From an uncultured delta proteobacterium (lineage in GTDB: Bacteria > Myxococcota_A > Polyangia > Polyangiales > JAFGIB01), in NCBI GenBank assembly GCA_963778655.1, contig CAVZVA010000005.1:320001-384000 (forward strand): a stretch of DNA of 64,000 bases. The letters run 5' to 3'. Positions 1 through 10,894 of this stretch are shown one piece after another; position 1 is the first letter of the stretch; each line of letters starts with the position of its first letter. A program made the translations under genes and the position numbers. Below the pieces are notes generated by a model that had not been told where the DNA came from, did no database searches, and saw only the letters and a program-made list of their open reading frames with translations.

Positions 1-1941
1 CTAGCCGCAGACGCCGTTGCTGCAGGCGCAGCCGCCCAGGCCGAGGAAGCCGCAGCCGCTGGTCGGGCAGGCATGCCCGCAGGTGCCGCAGTTGCGGTTG
101 TCGCTGTTGTACGCGCTGTTGGGATTGACGCAGTTGCCGCCGCAGCACTCCTGGGTGGAGCCGCAGACGTGCCCGCACGAGCCGCAGTTGGCCGCGTCGG
201 TATCGGTGTCCACACAGGCGAGCTTGCCGTCCACCGTGCAGGCCAGCACGCTCGCGGCGCCCGGGCAGTCGCAGTTGCCGGAGTTGCAGGTCGCGGTGTC
301 GGGACAGACCACGTCGCAACCCCCGCAGTGGTCGGGATCGGTCTGCAGGTTCGCGCAGCCGCCGTTGGGCCCGGAGCAATGGGTCTTGCCCGCGTCGGTG
401 TTGATGCAGACGCAGCTGTAGTCCGCCGCGGTATTTCCGCTGCCCGTCTTCTGGCAGGCCGAGTCGTCGAGGCAAGCATTGCCGCACGCGCCGCAGTTCT
501 TGGTGCTGGTGACATCGATGCAGGCGTACGTCCCGTCGGTTGCACCGGTGACCGCGTCCTCGTCGCAGTACTTCTGGGTCGCGCCGCCGGCGCAGCTGCA
601 CTCGCCGGCGTCGCAGGTCGCACCGCTCTCGCAGGTCAATCCGCACTTGCCGCAGTCCTCGATCGGAGCGGTGCTCGCCGCGCCCGTGCTCAGATCAACG
701 CAGTGATCGCCGCACGCGGTCTCGCCCACCGTCGGGCACTGGCAGCTGCCGGTGCGGCACACGCTGGCAGGCGTCGTGCAGGTATCGCCGCAGGAGCCGC
801 AGTTCGCAGTCGTGCCCAGTGCCACGCAGGCGCCATGACAGGGCACATCGTTCACGTTCGGGCAGTAGCAGCCGAGCGCGCGGCCGCTCGGCTTGCGGCA
901 GGTGGTCGGCGCCTCGCAGGTGGTGTCGCACGCGCCGCAATGGTCAGCGTTGTCGAGCGTGACGCAGGTGCCGTGGCATGCCACGGCGCCGGCGGTGTCA
1001 CACTGGCACTGGCCCGCGACGCAGCTCGCACCGTTGGCGCAGTGACGCCTGCAACTGCCGCAATTGTTGCGGTCGGTCTGTTCGTCGACGCACTGGGTCC
1101 CGCACACTGAGTCCCCGCTGTTCGGGCACTGGCACACGCCGGCCACGCAGGTCGAGCCGCCGCGGCAGGCCTGGCCGCAGCTGCCGCAGTTTGCGTTGTC
1201 GTTGCGTAGGTCGAAGCAGCTGTCGCCACAGCAGGCTTCGCCCGCCGCGCAGCCCGCCCCCGAGCCGCACATGCAACTGCCGGTCGCGGCGCAATGCTGG
1301 TCCGGCGGGCAGCCGGGGCCGGTCCCGCACTGGCAGACCGTGCCCATAGCGCTCGACACGCAATCTTCGTTGGGCGGGCAGCCGTTGTCACCGATCAGCT
1401 CGGCCGAGCCGCCGCCACCGGAGGGGGGCGTCGAGATCCCTGCGTCCTCGTCGGCGAACCCCGCGTCGACGTCGCTGCCCCCTGCATGCACCGGCTCGCC
1501 TGGCGCCCCGCCGCACATCGCGGCCATGCACGCGCCTGCGACGCAGCTCTCGGTGGGCGTGCAGGCGTGGCCGCAGGCACCGCAGTTGGCGTGGTCGCTC
1601 GCGAGCGTCGCGCACACTCCGCTGCAGCACGCGCCGCCGGGACAATCGGCGTCGCCGACGCACACGTTGGCGCAGGCGCCGCTCACACACTGTTGCCCGG
1701 GTGCGCAGGTCACCGCGCCGCACTGGACGCCGGTCTGGGTCGAGCCGCCGGCTCCGCCCGTCGTGCCGCCGGTTGCGCCCATCGCGCCGCCGGTTGCGCC
1801 CACCGTGCCGCCGGTCGAGCCGCCGAAGCCGGGCAGTCCCGCTGCACCGCCGCCGTTCTTGTGTCCGCCGCAGCCCGCTACCAACAGCGCGCCGATCAGC
1901 GCGCTCCTCGCAGCCACCACCACCAAACGCTCCGCGCTCAT
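1..1941 (-). CDS. Cys-rich repeat lipoprotein (Stig1-like / myxobacterial DxxNCGxCGxxC repeats)
   Basis: Lipobox LLVAGC after a hydrophobic leader (ATG 1941), Gly/Thr linker, about 10 repeats of C-x3-C-x(4-8)-[NH]CGxCxxxC; TAG stop at 1-3. Confidence 0.8.
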   Translation of the reverse strand: MSAERLVVVAARSALIGALLVAGCGGHKNGGGAAGLPGFGGSTGGTVGATGGAMGATGGTTGGAGGSTQTGVQCGAVTCAPGQQCVSGACANVCVGDADCPGGACCSGVCATLASDHANCGACGHACTPTESCVAGACMAAMCGGAPGEPVHAGGSDVDAGFADEDAGISTPPSGGGGSAELIGDNGCPPNEDCVSSAMGTVCQCGTGPGCPPDQHCAATGSCMCGSGAGCAAGEACCGDSCFDLRNDNANCGSCGQACRGGSTCVAGVCQCPNSGDSVCGTQCVDEQTDRNNCGSCRRHCANGASCVAGQCQCDTAGAVACHGTCVTLDNADHCGACDTTCEAPTTCRKPSGRALGCYCPNVNDVPCHGACVALGTTANCGSCGDTCTTPASVCRTGSCQCPTVGETACGDHCVDLSTGAASTAPIEDCGKCGLTCESGATCDAGECSCAGGATQKYCDEDAVTGATDGTYACIDVTSTKNCGACGNACLDDSACQKTGSGNTAADYSCVCINTDAGKTHCSGPNGGCANLQTDPDHCGGCDVVCPDTATCNSGNCDCPGAASVLACTVDGKLACVDTDTDAANCGSCGHVCGSTQECCGGNCVNPNSAYNSDNRNCGTCGHACPTSGCGFLGLGGCACSNGVCG

Positions 1942-2089
1942 GCCGCCACCTAACCCTTGCAAGCAAGCCCGCCCCGGCCGCGCCACCCGCCAAAACCCAA
2001 ACGCCGGGGTATCACAAGCCCAACGCGTTGGGTACCGGCAAGGAGCGACCCAGTCCGGCCGCGGGTGGCAGCTCCGGCCAACACAGGGG

Positions 2090-2893
2090 CTATGGGCGGA
2101 CGCGGAACAGGCGCTCGAAGTTGTCTTCGAGCTGGCTCCGGGTCGCGCGCTCGTCCAGGCCCCACAGCCGTCCGGCGTAGGCGGCGGTGCCGGCGACGTT
2201 GGCCGGCTCGTTGCGGGCTCCCGGCTCTGGGGCGAGGTACGGGCAGTCGGTCTCGAGCAGCACGCGCTCGCGCGGCAATGTCTGCAGCATGCGTGTGAAG
2301 CTTTCGGAGCGCTGGGCGTTGGCCGGGATCGATAGGTAATGGCCGCGCTCCGCGATCTTGCGTGCCAGCTTCACCCGACCGCCGAAGCAGTGCCAGCTCA
2401 CACGCTCGGCACCGAGCTCATCGAGGATTTCCAGCGCGCGCGCCTCGCGCTTGCGGGTGTGGATGATGACCGGCTTGTCGGCGTCGAGCGCGATCGCCAC
2501 CGCGTCGCGGAACGCCTGCTCCTGGATCGGCCACAGCGCCTCCGGCACCCAGTAGCCGTCCAGCCCGATTTCGCCCACGGCGAACGCGCGTCCGACGTTT
2601 TGCCGCAGGTAGGCGATGCCTTCCTCGGTGGAGCACTCGTCGCCCTCACGCGGGTAGGGTACGCCCGCGGCGCGCATCTGCGGCAGCACGCTGTCGACCG
2701 GATAGAAGCCGAGTGCGGGGCGCACCATCGGCAGGCGCGCCGCGAGCTCCAGCACCGCCTCGTTGTCGCGCGGATTGAGTCCGTTCGTGATGATGGTGGT
2801 GAGGCCGGCCGCGCGCGCGCGCGCCAACACCGCCTCGCAGTCGCCGGCCAGCTTCTCGTGGGTGAGGTGTGCGTGTACGTCGAACAGGCCCAT
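2090..2893 (-). CDS. tatD: TatD family metal-dependent hydrolase/DNase
   Basis: DVHAH, GEIGLD, IIHTR and ETDCPY motifs. Confidence 0.9.
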   Translation of the reverse strand: MGLFDVHAHLTHEKLAGDCEAVLARARAAGLTTIITNGLNPRDNEAVLELAARLPMVRPALGFYPVDSVLPQMRAAGVPYPREGDECSTEEGIAYLRQNVGRAFAVGEIGLDGYWVPEALWPIQEQAFRDAVAIALDADKPVIIHTRKREARALEILDELGAERVSWHCFGGRVKLARKIAERGHYLSIPANAQRSESFTRMLQTLPRERVLLETDCPYLAPEPGARNEPANVAGTAAYAGRLWGLDERATRSQLEDNFERLFRVRP

Positions 2894-2896
2894 CGC

Positions 2897-3469
2897 TCAC
2901 TCCCGCCCCGCGCGGGCGGCTTGCGCGCGCAGCCGCAGCTTGCGCGCCGCGCGCAGCACCGAGCGATCGGGAGCGCCGGCCTCGATCTCCTCGAGCGGGA
3001 CGAAGCGCGCGGCGTGGAGCTCGTTGCCCGCGCGCAATTGCAGGCTGTGCGCGCGGAACAGCAGCCGCACGTCGAAGTGCTCGTGCGCCGGCTCGCGAGC
3101 CAGCGCCGGGATCGCGTGCACGTCGAGGTCGAAGATGCCGTCGACCTCGAGCGGTAGATCCGCGAGGCCCACCTCCTCGGCCAGCTCCCGGCGCGCGGCT
3201 GCGACGATGTCGCGGTCGCCGGCTTCGACGTGGCCGCCGGGTTGCAGCCAGCGGTCGAGCTTGCGGTGATGCACCAGCAGCAGCGCGCTGCCGTCGGGCG
3301 AGAGCACGAAGCCGCTCGCGGTGAAGTGCCCGGGCGCAAAGGACGCGCGTGCGAAGGGGTCGGCGGCGCCATCGAGCAGCGCCAGCATCCGGCCCTTGTG
3401 TGCCTGCTCCTCGGCGTCGAGCGCGCGGTGGGCGCGCAGCAGGCCTGCCAGCGAGCGGGTTCTGGACAT
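2897..3469 (-). CDS. NUDIX hydrolase
   Basis: Nudix box GGHVEAGDRDIVAAARRELAEEVG plus HFTAS and WLQPGGH; start chosen at ATG 3469. Confidence 0.88.
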   Translation of the reverse strand: MSRTRSLAGLLRAHRALDAEEQAHKGRMLALLDGAADPFARASFAPGHFTASGFVLSPDGSALLLVHHRKLDRWLQPGGHVEAGDRDIVAAARRELAEEVGLADLPLEVDGIFDLDVHAIPALAREPAHEHFDVRLLFRAHSLQLRAGNELHAARFVPLEEIEAGAPDRSVLRAARKLRLRAQAARAGRE

Positions 3470-3550
3470 TGCGGCCCAGCGTAGCAGCACCCAGGCCCCT
3501 TGCAGGCCAATGTAATCTAGTGTAGGTGTAAGGGATACCGAGGTACTCCG

Positions 3551-4009
3551 ATGCTCGCCAAGGCGCCCCATCTCTCGCCCCGCCTGATCGCCCGATCACT
3601 TGACCAGCTTCGCGCCTGCCAGCCGGACACGGATACAGAGCCGGCTGCGTTGCACCAGCAAGCGATCCAGGTCTTGGTCGCGCTCGACGGCCTGCGCGAT
3701 CTCGAGCTCCCGCTCGCGGTCGAGGTACCTTCGGCGCTCGACGACGACGAGGTGGCGCAATGGGAGCTGGTCGCGCGCTTGCTCGCGCAGGCCGAGGGCG
3801 TGCTGCGGGGCAGCGCGCACCTGCGCCGGGTCGAATGCCTGCGGCGGGTGTTGCCGGGGCACGCCGTGCAGCTGCTGCGCCGAGGGCGGGCAGCCGCCGA
3901 TCACCTGCACACGCTACGCGCGCGCGTTGACTTCGTGCGCGACGGCAGCGGCACGGTCGCGGCGGCGGCGGAGCCCGTGCATGTCGCCCGCTCGGCGCGC
4001 CTGCAGTAG
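3551..4009 (+). CDS. hypothetical protein
   Basis: 152-aa helical-looking ORF filling the gap, with GAGG upstream of the ATG. Confidence 0.55.
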   Translation: MLAKAPHLSPRLIARSLDQLRACQPDTDTEPAALHQQAIQVLVALDGLRDLELPLAVEVPSALDDDEVAQWELVARLLAQAEGVLRGSAHLRRVECLRRVLPGHAVQLLRRGRAAADHLHTLRARVDFVRDGSGTVAAAAEPVHVARSARLQ

Positions 4010-4055
4010 CTAGCCAAAGGTCGCGCGCAAGCGAGCGCGGCGGCCGCCGCGCCGG

Positions 4056-4340
4056 TCATTCGCCTTCGGTCTTGGCGGGCGCGACGTAGCCTTCCGGAGC
4101 GCTCGATCCCTCGCCGAAGAAGAACTTCTCGAGCTCCGTGAGCCAGATCCGATTCGCCTCCGGGGTTCCCAGCTCGAGCCGGTACTCGTTCACGATCATG
4201 GTCGAATGCGCGATCCACGCCTTCCACGCTTCCTTCGACACGTGCTCGTAGATCCGCTGCCCCAGCTCGCCCTTGATCGGCGGCCGATCCAGGCCTTCGG
4301 CCTCCTTGCCGAGCTTCACGCATTGCACCATTCGCGCCAT
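4056..4340 (-). CDS. yggX: Fe(II)-trafficking / oxidative damage protection protein
   Basis: [46 protein letters not shown] matches the YggX family. Confidence 0.92.
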   Translation of the reverse strand: MARMVQCVKLGKEAEGLDRPPIKGELGQRIYEHVSKEAWKAWIAHSTMIVNEYRLELGTPEANRIWLTELEKFFFGEGSSAPEGYVAPAKTEGE

Positions 4341-4476
4341 GGCAGGGTTGTGGAGGCCACAGGCGCCTTCGTCAAGCGCTTGGGCCGCTGCGCGCGCGCA
4401 CAAAGGCGTTGCACCCCCGGTACCTACGTGCGAGGAAGGGCAGCGGTGAGTCCTCGCATCCAAGGGGTGGCATTGC

Positions 4477-5091
4477 GTGGCTGAGCGACCTCCCAACGGG
4501 ACCGGTCCCGAGGCCGGATCTGCGCCGCAGGCTGGCGAGGACCCGGGCGCCGAGCCCGCGGAGCGCTCGAGCCGCGGCCGGATCGTGATCCGTTCGTCGT
4601 CGCATCCGCCCGAGGCGCCGCTCACGCATCCGCCGCTGGACGCGCGCGATCATTCGGGCGCGCGGGCGCTGCCGCTCCCGGCCGACCCCGCCGAGGGCGA
4701 AGAGGCGCGCTCCAAGAAGGCCACGCCCGCGGAGCGACCGCGCCGGCGGCGCGAGGTCCAGGCACGTGCGCTCGAGCGCGCACGCATGGATACGCCGGCG
4801 GCGCGGCCTCGCTCGCGCCGCCGTGCCAGCGATCCGGCGCTGTTGGGCAACGACGCGCAAGCGGCCGAGCCGCCCATGCCGGGCGCGTCTGCGGGCGCTC
4901 CGCCTCCGCCCGTGGGTGCCGCGCCAAACGTGCCGCAAGCGCCGCTTGCTCCGGACGCGCGGGCGCGCGCGATCGTTCCCGAGCCTGCGTCGGGCGTGCA
5001 GCCCGCGCGGCGTCCGCGCCGCGGCGTCGCCATTGTGGTGGGAGCCGCGCTGCTCGCGATCGGCGTGTTGTGGCTGCTGTGGCGGGGCTGA
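4477..5091 (+). CDS. Pro/Ala-rich hypothetical protein with C-terminal membrane anchor
   Basis: Low-complexity ORF ending [21 protein letters not shown]. Confidence 0.55.
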   Translation: MAERPPNGTGPEAGSAPQAGEDPGAEPAERSSRGRIVIRSSSHPPEAPLTHPPLDARDHSGARALPLPADPAEGEEARSKKATPAERPRRRREVQARALERARMDTPAARPRSRRRASDPALLGNDAQAAEPPMPGASAGAPPPPVGAAPNVPQAPLAPDARARAIVPEPASGVQPARRPRRGVAIVVGAALLAIGVLWLLWRG

Positions 5092-5111
5092 GGCGGCCCG
5101 CGCGCGCGGCG

Positions 5112-6392
5112 TCACGACGGCGGCGGGGTCGGCGGCAGCGGCGGCAAGTCGACGCAGCCGAACTCGAAACGCAGCGACTCGAAGCGGCCGCCCATGGCGT
5201 CCTCGCACAGCGAGCCGTTCAGGGTGACGCTTCCGCCGTCGGAGGTGACGCTCCAGCCCGCGCCGCTGCCGAGGTCGCGCGGGACGTCCTGGTCGACGCC
5301 GTTTTCGGTCACCACCAGGTGAAGCTTGTCCGGCACCTCAGCAGGCGGATTCAGCGCGATGTCGCAGCTGTCGATCCCCTGCTTGACGATCGTCGATACG
5401 ATGTCCGAGAGCTTCATCTGCAGCGTCGCGGGATCTCCGGGATCGATGTAGTTGCCGGTCCCGCCGGCCACCGCGAGCTGATCGAGCAGGCTCGAGGCCC
5501 CTTGCGCGCCCGGCAGGCCGACCACGTAGGTCTTGTAGCCTTGGGTGCTCCACTGCGTGACCTGGTCGATCACGTTCTGGTTGGTCGTGCCGCAGTTGGG
5601 CTCGCCGTCGGTGAGGATCACGATCGCGAGCGGTCCATTGAAGCTGTTGCCGCTGATCGCGTCCTGCGCGCGCATCACGCCGGTCTCGAGCGGGGTCATG
5701 CCCGAGCCCTGCAGTCGCCACTGGTTGGGCAGCTCGCTGATGAACTGCGCGCCGGGGCGGAAGCTGATCTCGTCGGGCTGATCGATGGTGTCGACCGCGC
5801 AGGAGCCCGCGCTGAGCATCAGGCAGCAGCCGCCGACGCCTGGAATCCAGTCGATCGGGTTGACGATGTTGCAGGTGCAGGACGAGGCGCCCGTATCGAG
5901 GCTGGGAAAGAAGATGCCGCCCACGGTCAGCAGGTCCTGCAGCGGCATCAGCGCCGAGATCAGCGCGTTGCCGGCCGCCTGGTACTTGGGCGTTCCGCTC
6001 CAGTCGTCGTCCATGCTGCCCGAGCGGTCGAAGATCACCAGCACGTTGCCCGGCATGTCGATCTTCTTGACCGTGCTGTCGAGCGTCTGGTGGCCGCAGT
6101 CGGTGGAGTCCGCCGCGGTGTTGTCGTAGCAGCGCATGCCCTGCACGCAGGTGCCGGCGTCCGGAGCGACCACGTTTGCGGGTGGCGCTACTGGGTTCGA
6201 GGTCGCGTTGCCGAAGCTACCGCCAGTGCCGCCGCTCCCGCCGGCCTTGGCCGACCCGGTGCCCGCTTGACCCGAGCCGCTCGAGCCCAGCGGATTGCCC
6301 AGCGTGCGGTCACCGCTATCCGATCCCGAAGCTGCGGCGCAGCCCCCCGCCGCGGCGAGCACCGCCGCCAACAAGAGTGTCTTCCCCGTCAT
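5112..6392 (-). CDS. vWA-domain lipoprotein
   Basis: Lipobox-like AAGGC, Gly/Ser linker, MIDAS DRSGS...TP...TDG. Confidence 0.85.
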   Translation of the reverse strand: MTGKTLLLAAVLAAAGGCAAASGSDSGDRTLGNPLGSSGSGQAGTGSAKAGGSGGTGGSFGNATSNPVAPPANVVAPDAGTCVQGMRCYDNTAADSTDCGHQTLDSTVKKIDMPGNVLVIFDRSGSMDDDWSGTPKYQAAGNALISALMPLQDLLTVGGIFFPSLDTGASSCTCNIVNPIDWIPGVGGCCLMLSAGSCAVDTIDQPDEISFRPGAQFISELPNQWRLQGSGMTPLETGVMRAQDAISGNSFNGPLAIVILTDGEPNCGTTNQNVIDQVTQWSTQGYKTYVVGLPGAQGASSLLDQLAVAGGTGNYIDPGDPATLQMKLSDIVSTIVKQGIDSCDIALNPPAEVPDKLHLVVTENGVDQDVPRDLGSGAGWSVTSDGGSVTLNGSLCEDAMGGRFESLRFEFGCVDLPPLPPTPPPS

Positions 6393-6562
6393 CTGACCCA
6401 ACTCGTTTCCAACCCACTGCCTCAGCCCTGAGACACGGACAATTCTTGCACAGACCTGGCGTCTGTACCAGGAGCTTCACAGCGACGCGAGCCATGGATC
6501 GCCTCTTGGGGGGGTACCGCTCGGCGCGACGCTTGGCCGAGCCGGACCGCCCGGGCTCCGGG

Positions 6563-7342
6563 CTACCAGCGCATCCGGATCTTGACCCCGTGCCGGTGCA
6601 GGAAGTCCTTGAGATCGCTGATGCGGTGCTCCCCGTAGTGGACCATCGAGGCCACCAGAGCGGCGTCGGCGCGTCCCTCGGTGAGCACCTCGAGCAGGTG
6701 CTCGGGCTTGCCCGCGCCGCCCGACGCGACCACAGGGATGGAGACCGCGTCGGCGACCATGCGCGTCAGCCTGATTTCGTAGCCTTCACGGGTGCCGTCC
6801 GCGTCGATCGAGTTGACCACCAGCTCCCCCGCGCCCAACGCCTCGCCCTTTCGGGCCCAGGCCAGCGCGTCCTTGCCGGTGCGCGTGCGACCGCCGTGGA
6901 TCACGATCTCGTAACCGGATGGGGTCTGGGCCGACGGCTCGACCCGCAGCACGTCCATCGAGAGCACGGTGCTTTGCGCGCCGATCGCTTCCGAGATGCG
7001 CGAGATCAGCTCGGGCTGCTGGACCGCGGCGCTGTTGACGTTGACCTTCTCCGCGCCCGCGAGCCGTAGCTTGGTGGCGTCTTGCACCGAGCGCACGCCG
7101 CCGCCCACGGAAAACGGCACGAAGATCTCGCACGCAACCCGCTCCACCACGTCGAGCATGATCGCGCGCCCGTCGCTGGACGCGGTGATGTCGTACAGGA
7201 CGAGCTCGTCGAGCCCGTCGAGGTAGTACTCGCGCGCCTTCTCGACCGGGTCGCCGATGTCCTTGGTGTCGACGAACTTGACGCTCTTGGCGAGCTTGCC
7301 GCCGCGCACGTCGAGGCAGGCGATCACGCGCTTGCTCAGCAC
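6563..7342 (-). CDS. hisF: imidazole glycerol phosphate synthase cyclase subunit
   Basis: [42 protein letters not shown] start overlaps the hisH end. Confidence 0.95.
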   Translation of the reverse strand: MLSKRVIACLDVRGGKLAKSVKFVDTKDIGDPVEKAREYYLDGLDELVLYDITASSDGRAIMLDVVERVACEIFVPFSVGGGVRSVQDATKLRLAGAEKVNVNSAAVQQPELISRISEAIGAQSTVLSMDVLRVEPSAQTPSGYEIVIHGGRTRTGKDALAWARKGEALGAGELVVNSIDADGTREGYEIRLTRMVADAVSIPVVASGGAGKPEHLLEVLTEGRADAALVASMVHYGEHRISDLKDFLHRHGVKIRMRW

Positions 7343-7956
7343 GGGGTACCGTCCCACGCGGCGAAGCGACGCAGCAGCCGCAGACCGAAGCGCCCGCTCT
7401 TCTCGGGGTGGAACTGGGTCGCAAACAGGTTGTCGCGGCCGATCGCGCAGCAGAAGGGGCCGCCGTAGTCGCTGCTGGCGTAGGCGTGGCGGGGCTCCGC
7501 CGGGTCGAGGTAGTACGAGTGCACGAAGTAGAGCTCGTCGCCCGGCTCGATTTCCGCGAGCAAGGGGTGCGGCTGCGTGGGGCGCACTTCATTCCAGCCG
7601 ATGTGCGGGATCTTGAGCGTCGGATCGGCCAGCGCGAAGCGGCGCGTCATGCCCGGGATCAGGCCGAGGCCAGGGGTTGGGCCTTCCTCCGAGCCGTCGA
7701 GCAGCAGCTGCGCCCCGACGCAGATGCCCAGAATCGGCGTGCCGCGCGCGAATGCCTGCAGCAGCGCGTCGCGCAGGCCGCTTCGGATCAGGGTGTCCAT
7801 AGCGGCGCGGGCGTGACCGACTCCAGGGAAGATGATCCGGTCGGCCCCGGCGACCAGCTCCGCGTCCTGCGTGAATAGCGCGTCGATGCCGACCGCATCG
7901 CAAGCCCGCTTGACGCTGCGGAGATTGCCAGCGTCGTAGTCGACGATCGCGATCAT
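7336..7956 (-). CDS. hisH: imidazole glycerol phosphate synthase glutaminase subunit
   Basis: [31 protein letters not shown]. Confidence 0.95.
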   Translation of the reverse strand: MIAIVDYDAGNLRSVKRACDAVGIDALFTQDAELVAGADRIIFPGVGHARAAMDTLIRSGLRDALLQAFARGTPILGICVGAQLLLDGSEEGPTPGLGLIPGMTRRFALADPTLKIPHIGWNEVRPTQPHPLLAEIEPGDELYFVHSYYLDPAEPRHAYASSDYGGPFCCAIGRDNLFATQFHPEKSGRFGLRLLRRFAAWDGTPC

Positions 7957-8115
7957 GACGCGGCATGGATAGCATGTCCTGGACTGCACGCTACGCGCGG
8001 GGCTTGCGCTGCCAGCTCGCTCGCGCCACCTTGCCATCCCCGGGGCGAGACGCCGGCCGTCTTGCCGTCAGGGCGGTCGCAGCCGCTCGCGCGCAGGCGC
8101 TCCGGGCAGGTGAGC

Positions 8116-8688
8116 ATGATCATCCTGATTCGACACGGTCAGACGGCGCTCAACGCGGCACGCATCGTGCAGCCTGTCGACACCCCGCTGAGCGAGCAGG
8201 GCCGCGCCCAAGCCGAGCGCGTGGCGCAACGGCTGGCTTTGCTTGGTGTCGAGCGCGTGCTGTGCAGCGACCTCTTGCGCGCGCGCATGACCGCCGAGCC
8301 GATCGCGCGTGCGAGCAACGCCGGCATCGAGCTCGACCCGCTGCTACAAGAGCGCAACTTCGGCCAGCTGCGGGGAAGGCCCTACGACGAGATCGGGCCC
8401 GGGATCTTCGGTCCGGACTTCGTGCCGCCGGGCGGCGAGGGTTGGCCGGAGTTCGACGCGCGGGTCGCCCGAGCCTGGGCGCGGGCGCTCGAGCACGCCG
8501 CGGCCTGCGCCGGTAATCTGGCGGTCGTCACACACGGGTTCGTGTGCCGGTCGCTGGCGCGGCAGTTCCTCGCTCTGCCGGCCGGGCAGGACGCGCCGCA
8601 GCGCTGGGACAACACCGGCGTCACGCTGTGCGATCCCGCGCCGCCGCACGCGGTGCATCTGCTCAACTGCGTCACGCACCTGGCGTGA
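8116..8688 (+). CDS. histidine phosphatase (phosphoglycerate mutase-like) family protein
   Basis: LIRHGQT, SDLLRA.MTA, ERNFG, VVTHG. Confidence 0.9.
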   Translation: MIILIRHGQTALNAARIVQPVDTPLSEQGRAQAERVAQRLALLGVERVLCSDLLRARMTAEPIARASNAGIELDPLLQERNFGQLRGRPYDEIGPGIFGPDFVPPGGEGWPEFDARVARAWARALEHAAACAGNLAVVTHGFVCRSLARQFLALPAGQDAPQRWDNTGVTLCDPAPPHAVHLLNCVTHLA

Positions 8689-8750
8689 GCGCGCGATGCT
8701 GCTCACGTAGCGCCATCGAGACGCGCTCCAGCCCGATCCAGGCGCTGAAA

Positions 8751-9200
8751 TCAGCTCGCGGTCTTCTTGCGCGCGCGCGGCTGGCGCTCGCGCGCGCGCA
8801 GCACCGGACGCACGCCGGTGGTGGGCCCCGCCTGCCCGGCCAGCCATGCTTCGGCGTCCTCGCGCTTGGCGAAGCTGCGGATCACCTGGCCTTGCACCAT
8901 GTGCGTGATCCACAGCGCCAGGCTGCGGCTTGCGCTCGAGCTCACGATGAAGGCCGTCTGCGCGGCCTTGTCGCCCAGAAAACGCTGCAGCCCGACGAGC
9001 TGATCGCGCGCGCTCAGGCTGTAGCTGTGCACGCCGAGCAAGTCGATCACGATTCGGACGCCACCCGCCTTGACAACGCTGAGCTGGGCGCGGACCTCGG
9101 TTTCGCAGGCGAGCACGGTGCGCTCGTTCAGCTCCGCGCTCAGCTCGACCTCGAGCTTGTCGGCGGATCGGCGATGGATTTGGAAGCAGCTCTCCTCCAT
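8751..9200 (-). CDS. STAS/SpoIIAA-like small protein (putative)
   Basis: 149 aa; IVIDL...TAFIVSS..R...IRSF...EDAEAWL pattern resembles SpoIIAA-like domains. Confidence 0.55.
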   Translation of the reverse strand: MEESCFQIHRRSADKLEVELSAELNERTVLACETEVRAQLSVVKAGGVRIVIDLLGVHSYSLSARDQLVGLQRFLGDKAAQTAFIVSSSASRSLALWITHMVQGQVIRSFAKREDAEAWLAGQAGPTTGVRPVLRARERQPRARKKTAS

Positions 9201-9360
9201 ACCTGTGAATCAGACTACAACCGCCGGCACCAAAGGGGCAACGGGATCGGCTGTGCAAAGTGAGCGTGCTAGTGGAACATGAGTCTTCAGAGAATGTGCG
9301 CCGCTGTAGCTCGAGGTGATGGCCGCGTGGGCGGTAAGCTACACATGACTTCATTACCTG

Positions 9361-10338
9361 CTACAGGAAAGCCAGTAGCTCGCCCGCCTGCGCGAGCAAT
9401 CCCGGCAGCCCGCCGGTGTGGATGAACAGAACGCGCGCCGGCTTGGGATCGAGGTTGGCCAGGCCGTATAAGGCCTTGCCCGTGTACACCGGATCGAGAA
9501 TCACGCCGCACGCACGCGCCACCCGCACGATGAAGCGCGCCTGTGCGTCGCTCGCCACACCGTAGGCCGGGCCCTTGAAGCGATCGATGACCTCGAGCTC
9601 AGCCAGCGGGCCGCTGCTGCCGAGCAGGGCTTGCGCCTCGGCCGCGATGCCGGCGATCACGCGCTCGAAGTAGGCTCGATCGTCGCAGACCGCCATCGCC
9701 AGCACTTGCGCGGCCACGCCGTGGCGCGCGACGCCCAGCGTCACGCCCGCGGCCGTGCCGCCCGAGCCGCAGGCGTGGACCAGCGCGTCGAAGCGCGCCG
9801 GTGCGCCGGCTGCGCCCGCGTCGAGCTGAACGCGCAGCTCGGCCATCGCGTCCACATAGCCAAGCGCGCCCAGCCCGCACGATCCCCCTTCCGGAATCAC
9901 GTACGCTCGCTCGCCGCGCCGCTCCAGCTCGCGCGCGACCTCCTGCATGTGCCGCGCGCGCTCGCGGTACTGGGCCGGCGTAATCAGGCGCACCTCGGCT
10001 CCGACCAGCGCGTCGAGAAAGGCGTTGCCGCGATCGAGCGGCTGCGGCTCGGGGGTGCGCAGCAACAGCAGCGCGCGCAGGCCCAGCTGCCGAGCCAGGA
10101 TGGCCGTGGCGCGCGCGTGGTTGGACTGCAGGCCGCCGCAGGTCACCACCGTGGTCGCGTCCTGGGCGAGGGCGTCCGCGAGCAGGTACTCGAGCTTGCG
10201 GATCTTGTTGCCGGCAGCTGGCCCGGCGCTCATGTCGTCGCGTTTGAGCCAGACCTGGGTGCCGACCAAGGCGTCCAGCGCGTCGTAGCGCTGCAGCGGC
10301 GTCGGCAGCTGCGCGAGCGCAAGCTTCGGAGGCGGCAT
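9361..10338 (-). CDS. PLP-dependent D-cysteine desulfhydrase / ACC deaminase family protein
   Basis: [37 protein letters not shown]. Confidence 0.9.
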   Translation of the reverse strand: MPPPKLALAQLPTPLQRYDALDALVGTQVWLKRDDMSAGPAAGNKIRKLEYLLADALAQDATTVVTCGGLQSNHARATAILARQLGLRALLLLRTPEPQPLDRGNAFLDALVGAEVRLITPAQYRERARHMQEVARELERRGERAYVIPEGGSCGLGALGYVDAMAELRVQLDAGAAGAPARFDALVHACGSGGTAAGVTLGVARHGVAAQVLAMAVCDDRAYFERVIAGIAAEAQALLGSSGPLAELEVIDRFKGPAYGVASDAQARFIVRVARACGVILDPVYTGKALYGLANLDPKPARVLFIHTGGLPGLLAQAGELLAFL

Positions 10339-10420
10339 GCCGCCAGGCTACACCCGCGCGGGTGCGCGGCGGAGCGGGATCGGGCCGGGACTGCGCGCCC
10401 AGACCAAGCCCGCTCTCGCT

Positions 10421-10894
10421 TCAGTGACCGCTGCCAGAAACGGCGCCCCCGACCTGGGTCGTATACTTGGTGAACTTGGCGTCGTAGGTCCCGCTGCAGG
10501 CGACACTGCCGGCGGTGTCGAACTGCATGAAGCTGACCGTCCCGGACAGCTCGTTCTCGTTGTCGACGTAGATCGGGTCGCCGTCCAGCTGCGAAGTGGG
10601 GTAGCCCGCAGCGTTTTGTACGGTCTGCGTCATGCGCAGGGTGCACCCCTTCATGACGATGTCCGTGGAGACCTGACCGTTGGGCAGGTTCTGAATGACC
10701 ATGTTGACGCCCTTGCGGCCGCCCTGGAAGGGCACCCGGAAGGGGTTGGCAATCGGGCCGCATGTGCCCGAAATGGGGGTGTAGATCGGCGAATAGATCC
10801 CGTCGATGAGCGGGCAGTTATTGGCGTTGGCGCTGCAGCCCAGCAGTGCGAGCAATGCAAAGGCCATGATTGGAGTCGTGCGGCTCATAGGCAT
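10421..10894 (-). CDS. hypothetical lipoprotein
   Basis: Leader with lipobox LLGC and a beta-rich mature part; start is one of three close ATGs (10900/10894/10888). Confidence 0.7.
   Translation of the reverse strand: MPMSRTTPIMAFALLALLGCSANANNCPLIDGIYSPIYTPISGTCGPIANPFRVPFQGGRKGVNMVIQNLPNGQVSTDIVMKGCTLRMTQTVQNAAGYPTSQLDGDPIYVDNENELSGTVSFMQFDTAGSVACSGTYDAKFTKYTTQVGGAVSGSGH

Noticed and set aside
6563..7956. hisH/hisF away from other his genes read as an LPS-locus (WbuYZ-type) paralog pair
   Set aside because: Motifs look canonical and no polysaccharide or N-acetyl sugar amidotransferase genes are adjacent; split his operons are common
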